Source: Syncephalis fuscata S228 (taxonomy: Eukaryota; Fungi; Zoopagomycota). Taken from it: a DNA stretch of 64,000 nt. Made by a program: the position numbers and the translations under genes. Positions 1 to 14,100 of the stretch are shown here, piece by piece. The stretch's first letter is position 1. Each line of letters starts with the position of its first letter. The stretch spans positions 124,001 to 188,000 of the forward strand of contig JAHLTZ010000032.1 of assembly GCA_025786725.1 (NCBI GenBank), in the 5' to 3' direction. The notes below the pieces were generated by a model. The model was not told where the DNA came from and ran no database searches. It saw only the letters and a program-made list of their open reading frames with translations.

Positions 1-15
1 TTAACATTATTCATC

Positions 16-827
16 ATGAAATCAACTACTGGCTTTGTCATTTCTGCAATGATTGGCGTATCATCGTTTTTAGTCAATGCTATTCCATACCAAATTGCAA
101 CTTACCACCAATAACATGAATATTAATGGCAATAGTGGTACATATCCAAATTACAATTCAGTGGCGGCATTAATAGCCTTACTGGCTCTACAGTTGCTAC
201 CAATGCAGCTATGACGACGGGATATAACAATCCACTGGATAATTCCATGATGTACAGCGCAGGTGCTGTAAATGGTGTGCAAGATTACAATACGCAAGGT
301 TACAATACACAAGGTTACAATACGCAAAATATTGGCATGAATAGTATAGGAAATAATCTTAATTATATAGACTTGTCCTCATCTTTGTAGGTTTAAGTAA
401 AGCGATAACTTAGATTTACACTTTAATATATTTTTAAATTAATTTAGGCTAAATTCTAATGGCTTGGCTACCAATGCTAACATGGGCGGAAACTTGCCTT
501 TTGGCGCTACTTCAGACACAAGTGCATTTGGTATTGGAGGCACAGGCACATCTACCATTGGAGGCACAAATGCATTTGGTATTGGAAGTGCTGGTACATC
601 TAAACTGGGGCACAAATGCATTTGGTACTGTAGGCACAGCCTCGCCTACTACTGGAAACACAAATGCATTTGGTACTGTAGGCACTGGCTCATCTACTAC
701 TGAAAACAAAGGCACCGATTATCGCTCACTTTTGAATCATATAACTGCTGGCAGCTCGAATTCAAACGCTAATTCTAATCATGCTGGAACTACCGCTGGT
801 ACCAGTAATTTGCATTCCGGTTTTTAA
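16..827 (+). CDS. Secreted low-complexity Gly/Thr/Asn-rich repeat protein (frameshifted as assembled)
   Basis: ATG16 gives a signal-peptide-like MKSTTGFVISAMIGVSSFLVNA|IP. YNTQG x3 (about 286-330), probable intron about 390-447, four 16-aa TNAFGxxGT repeats, stop at 825-827. Frameshifts near 90-110 and about 605. Confidence 0.65.
518..707 (+). repeat. 48-bp coding tandem repeat x4 (second unit 46 bp)
   Basis: Units start acaa(g/a)tgcatttggta. The 46-bp unit explains the frame switch between ORFs 464..703 and 459..827. Confidence 0.9.
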
Positions 828-1226
828 TACTTTTGAAATGTCCAGCAATAAGCCAACTTAAACATATGGATAAGATCTGTTTGATTTTATTTAGTAGTAT
901 CAATTATTCGGTTATTTTGCGTTTACGCACTTTACACAATTATAATAGTTGAAATCATTCATATGATTATTTTAATTTTACGTGTATACGTAAAATAGCT
1001 ATATGTTTAATCAACTTTTACTAAATAATAAAGAATAGCAGTTTTTTTAAATAACTAATAATGGCATAGTTTACATGTTTAAACATTGTAAAAATATAGC
1101 CTAGCCAGCTCAATAAAACACATTTAAATATGTTATAGTTGCAGTATTGTTTAATAATAGCAATGAGTGGGTTTGAAATCGTCCATTTGTACTTTGATTA
1201 TTTTTTATTTTTTATTTTTAGTGATC

Positions 1227-4024
1227 ATGACCACACTTGCTTCAGAACAGACGACAGCTGCTGCCACAGCTGAACGTGACGCTGTTGCAGCAGGAACGCA
1301 ACTGGAGGCGCTGATAGCAAGTTATCTGCTCGACGAACGTACCGCAGAGTACCGCGTTGCTTTTATTAGCGAGCTTTTAGAAAGCAATGCATTGTTGCGG
1401 CGTTGTAGTGGGGAAACCAATGGCTCCAAAGTGCCTAGTGCTGCACTGGCTAAATGGTGCCTACGCGTCAGTGCACTACTGCAGTCAAAGATAGACGGTA
1501 CTAGGCTTGCGGGTATCCATTTAGTACGTCTTACAGTACGACAAGGTGTGCGGCTTGAAGCAAAGCAGGCCAAACTGTGGACCACCTTGCTAATGGCGCA
1601 ACTTAATGTAAGTATAGTGGCAGTTGAAAGCTAGCTAGTTATAGAAATAGTACTATTGAATGGTATACTAATTTTATTGGTAGACATTGGTACAACAGCA
1701 GCAACAGCAGCAGCAGCAAGGATTACAAATACGCAACGTAGCCAGTACTATACTGGAATTATTGCTGGTTTGTGTGGACATGACTGAACTACACAAAGAA
1801 CTAGTAACGCCACACGCATCAAAGTTTTGTGCACAAATGCTGATTTTTGCCGAAAATGTTGATGTATTTGTAAGTTGGAGCCAGTTAGCTGATTCACGCA
1901 ATTAACAACAGATGATGTGTAGCCATTTGTATTGGAAACAATTGCAGAAGTAGCACGACATTTCCCGGGACCGGCAAAATCGACCTGTGAACGTGCAGCA
2001 CGTTTATGTCTAAGTCAGATTGATCAAGAAAGTCTAGGAACTACAGAGTTACGAAAGCGAGCGGCCCGCTGTTTTCCGTCACTTTTAATAGCTAGTGGAC
2101 GCGTTGCTGATGAAGCAGATACATGGGCAAGTGTAGCGCGGCAGATTGCCGGTGCTGTTGAAGATGCATTGAATTTATTAACAGGAAAACCAATAGGCAA
2201 GTAGCTATATCATTAATTAGTTATCTAAACTAATCGTATACACGTAGAACATAACCGACAGCCAACACAGCTAGCACTACCAGCAATAGCCGATGATTAT
2301 CCGACTCGTATACCAGCAGCTATGCAATGTATCCGTTTCTTCCTCGACTGTTTAGCAGATATGCAAAGGTAAATATAAGCATTATGCATTTTATTAGACT
2401 ATAATGTATTTGTACAATAGCCGACCACGTACTGCCCCGGTTGAAGTCCCGCTTGATTGTTGGCTACAGTTAGGCCGTCGCTTAGTTAGCACGGATGCAG
2501 CGCTAGAAGGCCAACAGATCGATTGGCAGGAACGGCAGATGATTGCCAGTGTCTATTCATCGTTATCGGTTTTATCCTGTCGTTTGGTTGGTCATCTTAT
2601 TATATCGTAAGTATGATTTACTAAATAACAGGCGCTCACAAGTATTGCTAGATTCAAACAGCTCATGCTACCGTATATTGATCAACTGGCGACAATACTA
2701 TTGCGTACATTAACTCGTACGAATGACAGGTATAGATTAATGACTGGATTTATTACATATACGCTAATACAGCCCAATTGATTGTAGCCGTGGCCGACTT
2801 GCTGCTTATAAAACATGCCGACTAGCCTTAACAACATTTGGAGTTAATGCAGGTCAATTACTCGGTACTAAACTGATTAGTAGCGTACAACAGGATGTAG
2901 ACAAGTATCAACAGACTATTGCTACGATAAACAGCTTGGTTGAAGGATCGTTGGATGCACGGTCCAGCTATGCTATGACACGTGATCATCCACGACGTGT
3001 ATATGCTACAAGATCAAAACATGATACTTTATTTATGCGAAGCTGTCAATCCGGCTTAGACGCACTGCATGCATTATTAATGACCAGTGGCTGTTTATTA
3101 AGCACAGACACGCGACAACAACTTGATATGATACTATTTAATCAAGCGCTGGCCAATAATACTGCTTCGTTATTTATGGCTCATGGTGGCAGCGGAATGC
3201 GAGCAGCACATCTAAATCATGCTGCATTAAATCGCGTTACCGCCAGTGCCCAAGCCTGTCTATCCGCGTCATTATGCTCCCCATATGACAGCGTCCAAGC
3301 CAATGTACTATCATGTGCAACATCTCTATTTACTCATGGTCGAAATGCCGTACATGCATCAGTAAGTCGTACTGCATTAATACTAACCACCTGTTAATTC
3401 GTTATTTGTAGATACGCGATGCATCAAGACAAGGTGCTCATCAGTGTGCCCTTTTAGTCCAGCCGCGTCTACCGCCACTAATGCGCCCTACTATCTCTAC
3501 CACCAATAATGCTGGTGCGATGTCCAATCCAATGAATACAAAGCCAATTGAAGAGATTATGGCCATGACCACTGCCTATGACCAACTACCTAGTCTAACC
3601 AATTCATCAACGCTAATGACGGCTGATATACATCCATTGGCCAATGCTATGCAAATGGATATTTTCACTAATGGACCGACTGAAATATCCACCGCCACCA
3701 TAACAAGTTCCAAGAAACGACCATTAGATGAATCGGCCTCAATGGAATCAGAACAGATTTCTATAACAGAACAACATAAAGAACGTAAAGTGCTTGATGA
3801 AGCAACAGCCACCACCACCACACCACTACCACTATTACCAATACTTTAACTACACACAAAATAGTATTAATACCGCTAATAGCGATAACAATAATAGTAG
3901 TGTAACTACTAAATCATTAATAACTTCAGATAATCATTTAAACACGGCAAATCATCAAGAAGATGAAGATGAAGATGCAGCCATTCCCGATATTTGTTTT
4001 GATTCAGATAGTGACAATGAATAA
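1227..4024 (+). CDS. RIX1: Pre-rRNA processing protein RIX1/PELP1 homolog (multi-exon)
   Basis: N-terminal KWCLRVSALLQSKIDGTRLAGIHLVRLT resembles the RIX1 domain; helical middle; LLVQPRLPPL motif; acidic C-terminus DAAIPDICFDSDSDNE*. About 7 short introns and one frameshift near 3840. Confidence 0.8.
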
Positions 4025-4287
4025 ATGATGACTATTATTGTGTCATGAATAACTATGTAGTTACATTAGCTTAGTCAAATGTATTTAATTAATTTTAATG
4101 AAATAGTATTTGTTTTTTAAAATGTGTGTGTTTTATTTCTAATCTATACATTAGTTACTATTATTTAATTAAATAATAATTACAGCAATTACAATTATTA
4201 TGACACACACACAAACACTCGTGCATAGTTTCTGTTACTCATCCTTTTTTGCTGTTGATTTGCTTGTTAGAATCACTGCAACTCGTC

Positions 4288-6472
4288 ATGTCAAAACGTG
4301 TAGCGGATCATCAACTGACAAATCTTAATCAGCACGATACAAACAACGATACACGCATGGAGGTATGTCAATGACCATATGGTTGTGATCCATAGTAGAT
4401 TCATATTTATATAGGGCAATTTTCAACGAGCAAACGCCGATCAAATGTCAGGACGACAGTAAGTAATATTACAATAACGTGTATTGTTTATTCAGTATTA
4501 TGACAATAGAATTGCCCGACCTCGTCAACGACGTGGCGTAGGTGGCGGTGCCTCAAGAGGTATGATGGGCGGTGGTGCTGGTAGTAGCACACCTGCATCG
4601 CCATTTACTGGATTTAACTTTGGAGCAGCTAGCAGCAATGCAATGACGCCTACAAACAGTAATGCAGGCAATATATTTGGCAGTGGCATGTCTACCATGA
4701 ATAACGCGCCCAATGCACCAGTATTTGGACAGTCTTCTAACACTAGCACTAATATTAATAATACGGGTGGCATGGGTGGACCAGGATTTGCACCAGCAGC
4801 ACCTAGTTCGGCATTTTCATTTTCATTTGGTGGACCGTCAGGATCAACGGCAAATACATCGGCCAGTAATATATTTGGTACAGGCACTGCACCTACACCA
4901 GCCGCTATATTTGGCCAACCATCGACCCTTGCACCAACACAAGCGACTGGTGGATTTGGATCGGCCATGTCGAGTGATACTAATTCAATGGATACTGGAT
5001 TTGGTGGATTTGGACAAGCAGCGGCAAATGCAACTCAATCAGCAGTTACAGCAAGTAGTAATCCATTAGGTGGTGGTTTCAATTTCGGTATGACAGCCAG
5101 TAATAATGGTAATAATACGGCAACAGAATCAACATTTGGTCAACCAATGTCGGCAGAGAAAACGAGTCAACCAGCATTTGGTGGATTTCATCTGCCACCA
5201 CCACCACCAATACAAGTGCAGGTGGATTTAACTTTGGATCTACTGGTAAGTTGTATTTAATTATCAAATAGTACAGATAGCTGAATAGCTATAATTAGGT
5301 AATCCATTTGCCCTACACCAAAGGACAGTAATACAACAACTGGTATTGCTCCTAGTGGAGGATTTACATTTGGAATGAGCAAGCCACCGACTGCAGGTGG
5401 ATTTACCTTTGGCTCTACTACTACTACTACTACCACAGCCTCTACCGATAAACCGGCCAATCCATTTGCACTGCCAACTACATCTACACCTGGTCCGGCA
5501 GCTGATAAACCGGCAACTAGTGGTGGATTCTCGTTTGGTTTATCGGCCAATACAGCTAATACTGCAATAAATCCACTTGAACAAACAGGCGCTGAAACTA
5601 AAAAGTTTTCTGGATTTGTATTTGGATCAACACCATCTAAATCATTGGAAAGCGAACCAAATAGTCAAAAGAAGGCATTAACTGGACGTGGCTTTTCATT
5701 TGATCCATCTGCTACCAATGCTGCTAATACTGTTAATAGTTCAACTACTAGTACAACTACGAGTTCATCACTCTTTAGCTTTGCGCCAGCAGCGGATAAA
5801 GATACATCTAGTGTACCTAAGCCATTCACATTTGGTTCATCTAATCCAGTTGCAACAACCGATAAACCAAAAGAGACTATATCATTTGGTAGTGCAGCTA
5901 CTACCGTTGCTCCAACTACACCAGCAGCAGCAGCAGCAGCAACACCAACGCCAACTAGTACCGATAGTAATACTGGATTCTCATTCAAGCCCAGTACATT
6001 ATTTGGTACACCATCTACAACTACAAGTACAACTACGAGTACAACAAGTACTGTTGCTACTAATGATAAACCATTTGGTGTTTCAGTACCGGCATTTAAA
6101 CCACCCACCATTACCAATGTTGATACATCAAAGCAGCCATTAATTAAAACAGATAATAAACAAGAAGATAAGGAAAAGACTGAAGAAGTAAAGAAGACAT
6201 CTATGGGATTTGGTACAGTATCTGCACCATTAACCTTTAATATTCCTACAACAAAATTATCAACTGATACAACAACAACAGATACGGATAACATAGATGA
6301 AAAAGATCTGGAGCGTTATTATATGGAATTACGTGGATTAAATCTATCCTTCCTTGAACACATTCAATCAAGTATGAATAAGGATCCATTTATGGATCTC
6401 ACAGATGCTTGGACTATTTACCAAAAACATCGTCGTCTTATTGACTCATCTCATAATACATCGACAAGTTAG
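4288..6472 (+). CDS. NUP2: FG-repeat nucleoporin, Nup2/Nup50 family
   Basis: Spliced N-terminus MSKRVADHQLT...GNFQRANADQMSGRQIARPRQRR resembles the Nup50 importin-alpha-binding domain. Many FxFG repeats. LRGLNLSFLEHIQSSMNKDPFMDLT..W..YQKH resembles the conserved Nup2/Nup50 helical motif. Frameshift near 5190. Confidence 0.8.
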
Positions 6473-6499
6473 TTATTGTTTCTATGATTTTCTTCTATT

Positions 6500-6500
<1 letters not shown>

Positions 6501-6535
<35 letters not shown>

Positions 6536-6545
6536 TTCCACTACT
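6501..6545. repeat. (ACT)n microsatellite
   Basis: About 10 perfect ACT units followed by a degenerate tail, located between convergent genes. Confidence 0.9.
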
Positions 6546-6637
6546 TCTTTTACTTTCTTCTGTTTCTCAAATAAAGTAATGAGTTTATTTGTCCATTCGT
6601 TTAATAAAATGACTGATTAATCACCAGTTCAAAGGTA

Positions 6638-8205
6638 TTAAGCACATTTCTGAATGCCTTGAATAGTGGCTACCTTTTGTTCTGGCGTATCGGCAAAGAA
6701 GAAGAATGGTTCAGCGGCTGTTTAAACTCACCTTGAAACTATTAGGAATAAGTACTTCTTCTTGAGCATCGGCGACTGATTAATAATACCGCCCATTTCT
6801 AGACTGGCTACAGGTAATTTATCCTAATAAATAAGAATAAGCAATAGTTACGCATTGATCATTAATGTATTACCGTTTCATCGCGATACAAGAACATTGT
6901 CTTGCTCTTAATGACAAAGTAGCGACGTTTCCAGATCTATTGTATAATGTAAATAAATGGTTAATAAAATATTTACTATTATTATTACGATTAATTAATA
7001 GCTAATTACTTACGTAACAGCCACCGCCTTGTACGGTAATATAACCAGATAGTTGATCACCCTATAGAAATGATAAACTGTATAAATACGATAATTGTTA
7101 TTAATTAAACAAATAAACAAACCTTATTTGATTTATCGGCTTGTAGCATCTTTTGTTGAAGTTGTTCACGGCGTTGTCGTTCGGCTTCTTCAGCTAGCTT
7201 TCTCTGCTTCTCCGCCTCTTGATCCTCAATCTCCTCTTGAGTGGCAACAGCGGTTATCGTGGTGCGGGCCTGAGCACTGCCATTGGACACAGGTGGCGAT
7301 GCCGACTTAGCCGATACGGCCGGTGCATCAGCTGATTCAGGTAGAGCAGGGGGTGGATTTGATGGTGGAGGCGATGAAGCGGGCGGTGCCATAGCTGGTT
7401 CCGTATCAGATTCGGCCGCCGCTGATTCCGATTCGAGTTCAGGATCTGCTTCATCGTCAAGATCAGATTCAGGTGTGGCCGCTTCTACAACCGGTATTGG
7501 TACGGATGGTGAGGCAGGTGCTGTCGCAGTAGGTGATGTAGCATCGCTTGACAATTGACGTAATCGAACTCGAATGCCCGTTTCACTTAACTCGCCCTTG
7601 GATGAAGCGGGTATTTGTAAAGAACTCTAATTAAAGTAATAACTGTTTAATAAATTCCTTTTTGTAATTCTAGTTGTTGTATTCACCTTAAACATGCTGT
7701 TCACTGTACGGCCATGAACCAATGCACGTGCTGTATAATTAAATATTAGTATAATGGTGCTTATAATGATACTAATGATTTATTGCTGTTATAACCTACC
7801 ACGACGAACACCACTATATTATATTATATTATATTACATTAATCAATATTTACACTATTATTGTTGTTGTTACCATCAACTTACCTAACTTGTTCATTCA
7901 TATAAGTGAATAATACAACATGTTCATCGATTCTGACAAAGCCATAAAGCACTTCATCGGATAAATGCTGATGCAATTCTTCTAAGCCACCAGCACCTTG
8001 ATGATAAAGCGTAATAACATCGCGTGTATCACGATAGCCCATAATCATCCTATATAATACCATATTGAACAGTATACTAGTTAGTGACTAGCCATAACAA
8101 CAATAATAACATAAACATAAATAATAACAACCAATTAGTATCGCCTCCATTGGCAATATCATCATACGCTTCGCTGATTTTAATATCAGTTAGATCGCAA
8201 GACAT
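6638..8205 (-). CDS. ADF-H (coactosin/Abp1-like) plus acidic Pro/Ala linker, coiled coil and C-terminal PH domain protein
   Basis: MSCDLTDIKISEAYDDIANGGDTNW|MIMGY...GAGGLEELHQHLSDEVLYGFVR...SGVRRARALVH is ADF-H-like. The C-terminus LSGYITVQGGG..WKRRYFVIK...PNSFKV...FFFFADTPEQK is PH-like. Includes a 14-nt microexon at 7800-7813 and frameshifts in the last exon. Confidence 0.75.
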
Positions 8206-11150
8206 CTTAAAGTAAATAAGGTAGTTTCTGTTGAATTACAAAAGTTGTTGTTGAATATAAACGAGCAGGAGGTATTAGAAGGACGAAGACGAAGACACGA
8301 CGAGAATTGATGATGTATGCCAGTAGATATAGACACGTTACAAGTTTTGAGGTCTACGGCCCAAGGAGGTGTACGCGTGTACTCTACAGGAACGATGATT
8401 GGCCTACTATGAGTTCCCATACAAGGCAATCTCCCCCCGAAATTAGTAGTCGTTTTCTATTCATCAATAACGACATACCATTGATACTACATCCATTTAG
8501 AAAGAATTGGTATATGTAACCAATAGTTATAAGCAATAAAATAGCAATAATAACAAACATATTAATTAAGTTAAAAGAATAAAGCTTTGATTTATAGATA
8601 TAAAAATATAGAATATACAAAAAAGTTGAATCTAATATCAATTATCCTACTTTTTTATAGATTGCTATCTAAAAGTATATTAAACTAACCGACTTGACTA
8701 CTATTAAATACTAGCTTTATTAGTTCAAATCTATTAAGTCTATATTTAAAGTCTTATAGTTTACATTTATGTTATTTATACTATATTCTTTATAGTCCAG
8801 CAATAGCGTTTATATTAATAGCAAGTGTAACTTTGTTATTAGTACGACGTCAATTAATATAAATTCATTAATATCCGTTATAACTAAGCTAATCATAAAG
8901 GCTATAATCAATAGTAAAGGATAGCTATAGAATGATAATCATGTTATCCATTTACTAATATAAATAAATAAAACAAGAATAACAGTATTGATTAATAAAG
9001 ATTGCTCGGCAGAATATAATACAATATAAATGATATTACTTTTAAACTAGATAATATTCATTCTATTATACTAGACTAACTAGATTGGCACCCATTTTTA
9101 TTAATAGACATCATGTCATGCAGTATTTCTACACCAATCAGCAATGACAAACCGGTATTTTGACCAATCAGTGCCCTAGTCTACATGAATAGATAGGCGA
9201 CATAATAGCGTGGAGTAGAAGTAACAGTAGAAACAATATAATATAGTCATCATTGAATATTGAATAACAACAACAATATAATTAGTAATAGTGTTATAAT
9301 TACTATAAACATATATAATGGATATTAATAGTTTATGTATACAAAGATGGAAAGGATTGGCCATGGTCGTACGTAAAGTGACCCATTATTGTCGGAGTAT
9401 TCATTACATTGTCATTGGAAAAAGAATTATTATTATTATAATAGCACTGGCAGTTCCCAGTATCATGTGGCACTTGCCTTTTATTTAAGTAAAATAAACC
9501 ATTACTAGTTTATCAATATTGCTGTTATTATTATTATTGTAAGTTGTTGTTATTTAATATAATGATTTTCTTTTATATTTTCACAGACATCCTATTGTAA
9601 ACACCCATTTCTCCGCTCTCCTTTTCACCTTTCAGGCTTTTACCACTAACACCACTACTACTACTATTATTGACACCATCCTTTCTCTTTCCCTATCTGT
9701 TCTCACTCATTTTCACTCGTTCTTTGATATCGCTCTTTCTTTTGTTGCCGTTGTCTTTGACTGCAGCCATAATTACTTACACTTGGCGTGTCCGTATTTA
9801 TAAACAAGCCATTTTTGTTCTATTAATAATATTGCGTTTACTTTTGGTTTCTGTTTCGACTTACACCTCTTATACACATACACACGCACATATATATATT
9901 ACTATACTTGTTCATTCTAGTTTCTGTGTATTTCGAGGTATATATTCGTAGTAAGTACACTATAGTCTAGTATATTCATCATCTACTCAATTACGCTACA
10001 ACTACGTTATAACTGTTTGCTATTACACGTTATCTACTTCAAGGTAGAACATCGGTGAATTCACTTGTTTTTCTACATTCTTGTATATTTTATTTCATTT
10101 GTATTTATCTTAGCGGCCAATAACTGTAACCAGCTATACTTGTCCTACCATGACTAGTGGCTAGTAGAATGTTGTTGTAATACAGTTAGTTGTTATTCTA
10201 CAGTGACAACTGTGCCTATTACCACACGTGGTGACGATAGAAAGTTACTTGAAGGTTTGGTTTACACGTGTGTTGCGGCGTATATAGTGTCGCTGTTATA
10301 GATACATATGTATAGATACATATATAGATATAGATATATAGATACCTTTCTATATACGCCCCTTTCCGCCTCTCCACGCCTACCTTTCAGTCCTTTCTTG
10401 TCCTTTCTTTCTTCCTTTGCTCACTTACTCGCCCACCACTCTCCTACTCATTTGCGTATACTTTCTTTGTTCTCTTGGCACGACCTATGGCAATAGTATT
10501 AACGTTTATCTTTATAGCAACAACGTAGACGGCCGTTGGAAAGTAAAAAGTATATTTGCAACAACTCCTACTATATACATTGTTGGACCGTGGTGTATCG
10601 ATACACATCTACTTTAGCTCTATAGCTACTATAAACAGAGTAATATTGATCACCAACGGGACATTAGAGCAATAAGCATAATCAGGAATACTATAATAAT
10701 CGACATTATCGATTATTATTGTTGTTGTTGTTGTTATTGGTAAACAACAACTTTTGGATTCTGATTGATAGCAACGACAGCGACGACAGGTGTGCAGATA
10801 TTTACATTTAATTATTAATTAGTGCAGCTGGTGATTCATAATAGCACATATTACAGTATACACGTTGAATTAAATATCAATCACAAGACTCACTATTAAT
10901 TGGCCATTACAACGGTTATTACACTTATTATTGCGACTATAATACAATAGACGCATAGATACACTGGTGTTGGTGTGGGCGTGAATACACGGGTGGGTGT
11001 ATGAACGTTTGTTTCTTTCCCGTGGCCGACCGGTCATCTGAACGGGATACCGAGTCGGCCCACCAATGTGAACCTAGGAAGAAGAAGGAAGGGAATGTTG
11101 TCAAGACAAAGAGCGCAATCTATTTCGTTAATTCAACCTCTTTAATCAAT

Positions 11151-14100
11151 ATGTCGAGACAGATACTATTTAATTCGTTATTTCTACTATTGGCCAGCTT
11201 ATGCTTGACAGTTATCGATGGTACTGCTGCAGCTGATGCCAATACCACTGCTTCAGAAACAGAAACACATCCCGCACTTAGTCCATTGGATATTAAGCAG
11301 ATTGGACTACTTGGTGTTGTAGGCAAATTTGATGGCTTCTCTATACGTACAGAGCCAGTCGATACATCGCTTATTTCTTTGCCTTCATCGGCCACTGTGG
11401 CAAACAATCGGTCATTACCTGCCACATTAATACGACGTGCCGGAGCCAGTGTAGAGATACTCGGACAAACTTCATCTAATGGAACTATTGACGCCGTTTG
11501 CATTCTACCTCGTGGCAAGGGCGATTCACTATCATCTGGTGTTGATGTATTTGTAGGTGGCCGTTTTTCGTCAATTGGATCGTTAAAAACAAACAATATT
11601 GCTCGTTATGATCCAATTGAGCGAAAGTTTTTCCCATTAGAACGAGGTGTTGATGGACCAGTGCGTAGTCTATTGTGTGATCGACATCGACAAATTCTAT
11701 ATGTTGGTGGTCGATTCCGTGCACCTGTCCCTGAAAAGACACCCGACACCGATCCAGAAGCCGATCCTTTTACAGCTTGGGGTCGATTTGGTGGTGGTAT
11801 TGCCAAATGGCAGAATAATCAATGGATGTCTTTGCCATTTAAAGGTGTTGGCTACAATGCCACCAATATTAACGACAACAATCCGGCCAATGACCGTCGT
11901 GGTGTTAACGCTCTTGCTTTAAGTGCTGATGGTCGAACAGTGATTGTTGGTGGTGGATTTACGGGCACTGCTGACTCGGCTGCTTATCTTGCACCTAATT
12001 CACAGCCTATCAATTTAGGTTCAGCTCTTATATCGGCCGGTGCCACGTCCACTGATGCAGGTCAAAATAACCCACAGAATATTGTTTGTTCGGCTGAGGG
12101 ACAGCAACCATCCAAGGATCGTGCTTGGTTAATGCAAAATAATGCACCGGGTTATTGGCGAGCTCAATTACCTACCACAGCTACAATATCATTGTTAAAG
12201 ATTAAAAATACCCAAGTAACTAATCGAGGTGTTAAAACATTTAGGTAAGTATTTAGTAATATTGATTATAACAACCATTTATTAATCGGCATTATAACAT
12301 CTATTAGTGTTAATTCATTACCAGATAACGGACTTATTACTCTGTCCTATTTTGATGCCGACGCAGGACGTACACTTACTTGCAGAGAGAAATGTCCATT
12401 AAAACAGTCGGATAAATATCAATACTTTCACGTAGCAGCTGAAAACCAGATTGAAGGTCGTGGTATTAATTTTAATGTTATCGAATGGTACGGATTAGGT
12501 GGTGGACTAGCCAGTATAGAATTATTCCAAAAAGGTATCTATATTTATATTATTAATATTGACAATAATTTACTAATATCTAATATAGATGTAATGGCTT
12601 ATGCAGACAATCGATTCAACTTTCCTGCTTGCGCTAAAACACCCATTCGATCTGAATCAAGTCTAACGGGCACATGGTCCTCAGTGCAACTACCCAGTCT
12701 AACACGTCCAGTAATGCAATACACGTACACTGGTACATCATCAGGAGCAATTACCTTTAAGCCCAATGTACCCGAGGATGGCTTTTACGAAATATATTTG
12801 TTACAGCCTGGCTGTGATCTTGATCAATCATGTGAACGTCGTAATCTAGTTGATGTTTCTGTATTGGCTGTACCGCAATCAGCCACTGTCACAACCACGG
12901 TCGATCAATCCATTCGTGGTAATCGACGTGTTCTACTCTACACGGGATTGGTTGCGGCCAGTGCTGGTAATGGTGGATTTGCACCACAAATCACCCTTTC
13001 GATAGCCAAGGATGCTCGTGCATTAGCCAGCGGTGTTACAGGCAGTATTGTGGCTGATGCCATTCAATTTGTACGTCTTCAGACTATCAGCGAAGTCAAT
13101 GGCGTATTACTTGTATCAAACACTGCTGATACAGGCATTACATGGAATGCACTAAATGAACTACTACCTAGTGGATCCATTGTTAACGCTTTACAGCCCA
13201 CCGCGTCTGGTTCGCTATTTATTGGTGGTTCATTCCGTGATAATACGGCCAATTACACCAATATTGTCGAATATACCAACGATGCAACCATGCGATCATT
13301 ACCGGATGCCGGCGTTAACGGTCCCGTTAATGCACTGGCCGATACTGGTGACAATCTATGGATAGGTGGTGGATTCACGCATACTAGCGGTAATGCCACG
13401 GTACTACTGAACCTAGCGCCTTATTCATACGCTGCACGTCAATGGCAGCCTTCTCTGGGCGTTGATGGACCAGTCAGTATATTGGACGGCCATCAGTCGA
13501 TGAATCGTCTATTTGTAGCCGGATCCTTTCAAAGTGTATCCAATAATAATACGCGTCGCGAAAATACCGTCAACTATGCTACTTTGAATCTAACGAGTCA
13601 TCAATGGGATGCCAGTTTGCTAGCCTATGGTAATGGCAACCAAAGTGTTATTCAATCCTCATCAAGCTACATGGACATGGATAACATTGAGGTCAGCTAT
13701 ATTGGTGGTAGTCAACGGACAACCGTGCTTGAAGGACTACAATCTTCAAGTGCTGCTGCCATCAACCCTCGTGTCGAATCGGCTATTACCACGTCAGATT
13801 TACTGACCACTACTTCCTCTTCACGCCTGGCATCTTCATCGTCTGGTGTATTTTATAAGTCAGCCAACGGATCAACTGGAATGGCTATTGCCGGTCAATT
13901 CACGCCATCTGATCGTCGTATTGCCATTTGGGAACAGGGTCAATGGCATTCGCTGGCCTCTACACTAAATATCACATCTATTGAAGTATTGGATCATACC
14001 ATGATGATTGGCAGCACCAATGGCGTGGCTCTTTATCCGCTTAATAATGGTCTATCCGGATCTATTCCTTCACCATTATCCAATGGACCGTCTGGCACTA

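Noticed and set aside
4525-6294. Long minus-strand ORFs (147 and 209 aa) overlapping the nucleoporin
   Set aside because: Shadow ORFs caused by Thr/Ser/Gly codon bias of the sense gene; no independent motifs.
11001-11150. Upstream in-frame ATG extending RAX2 by 50 aa
   Set aside because: The signal peptide begins at ATG11151; the extension is polar and would bury it.
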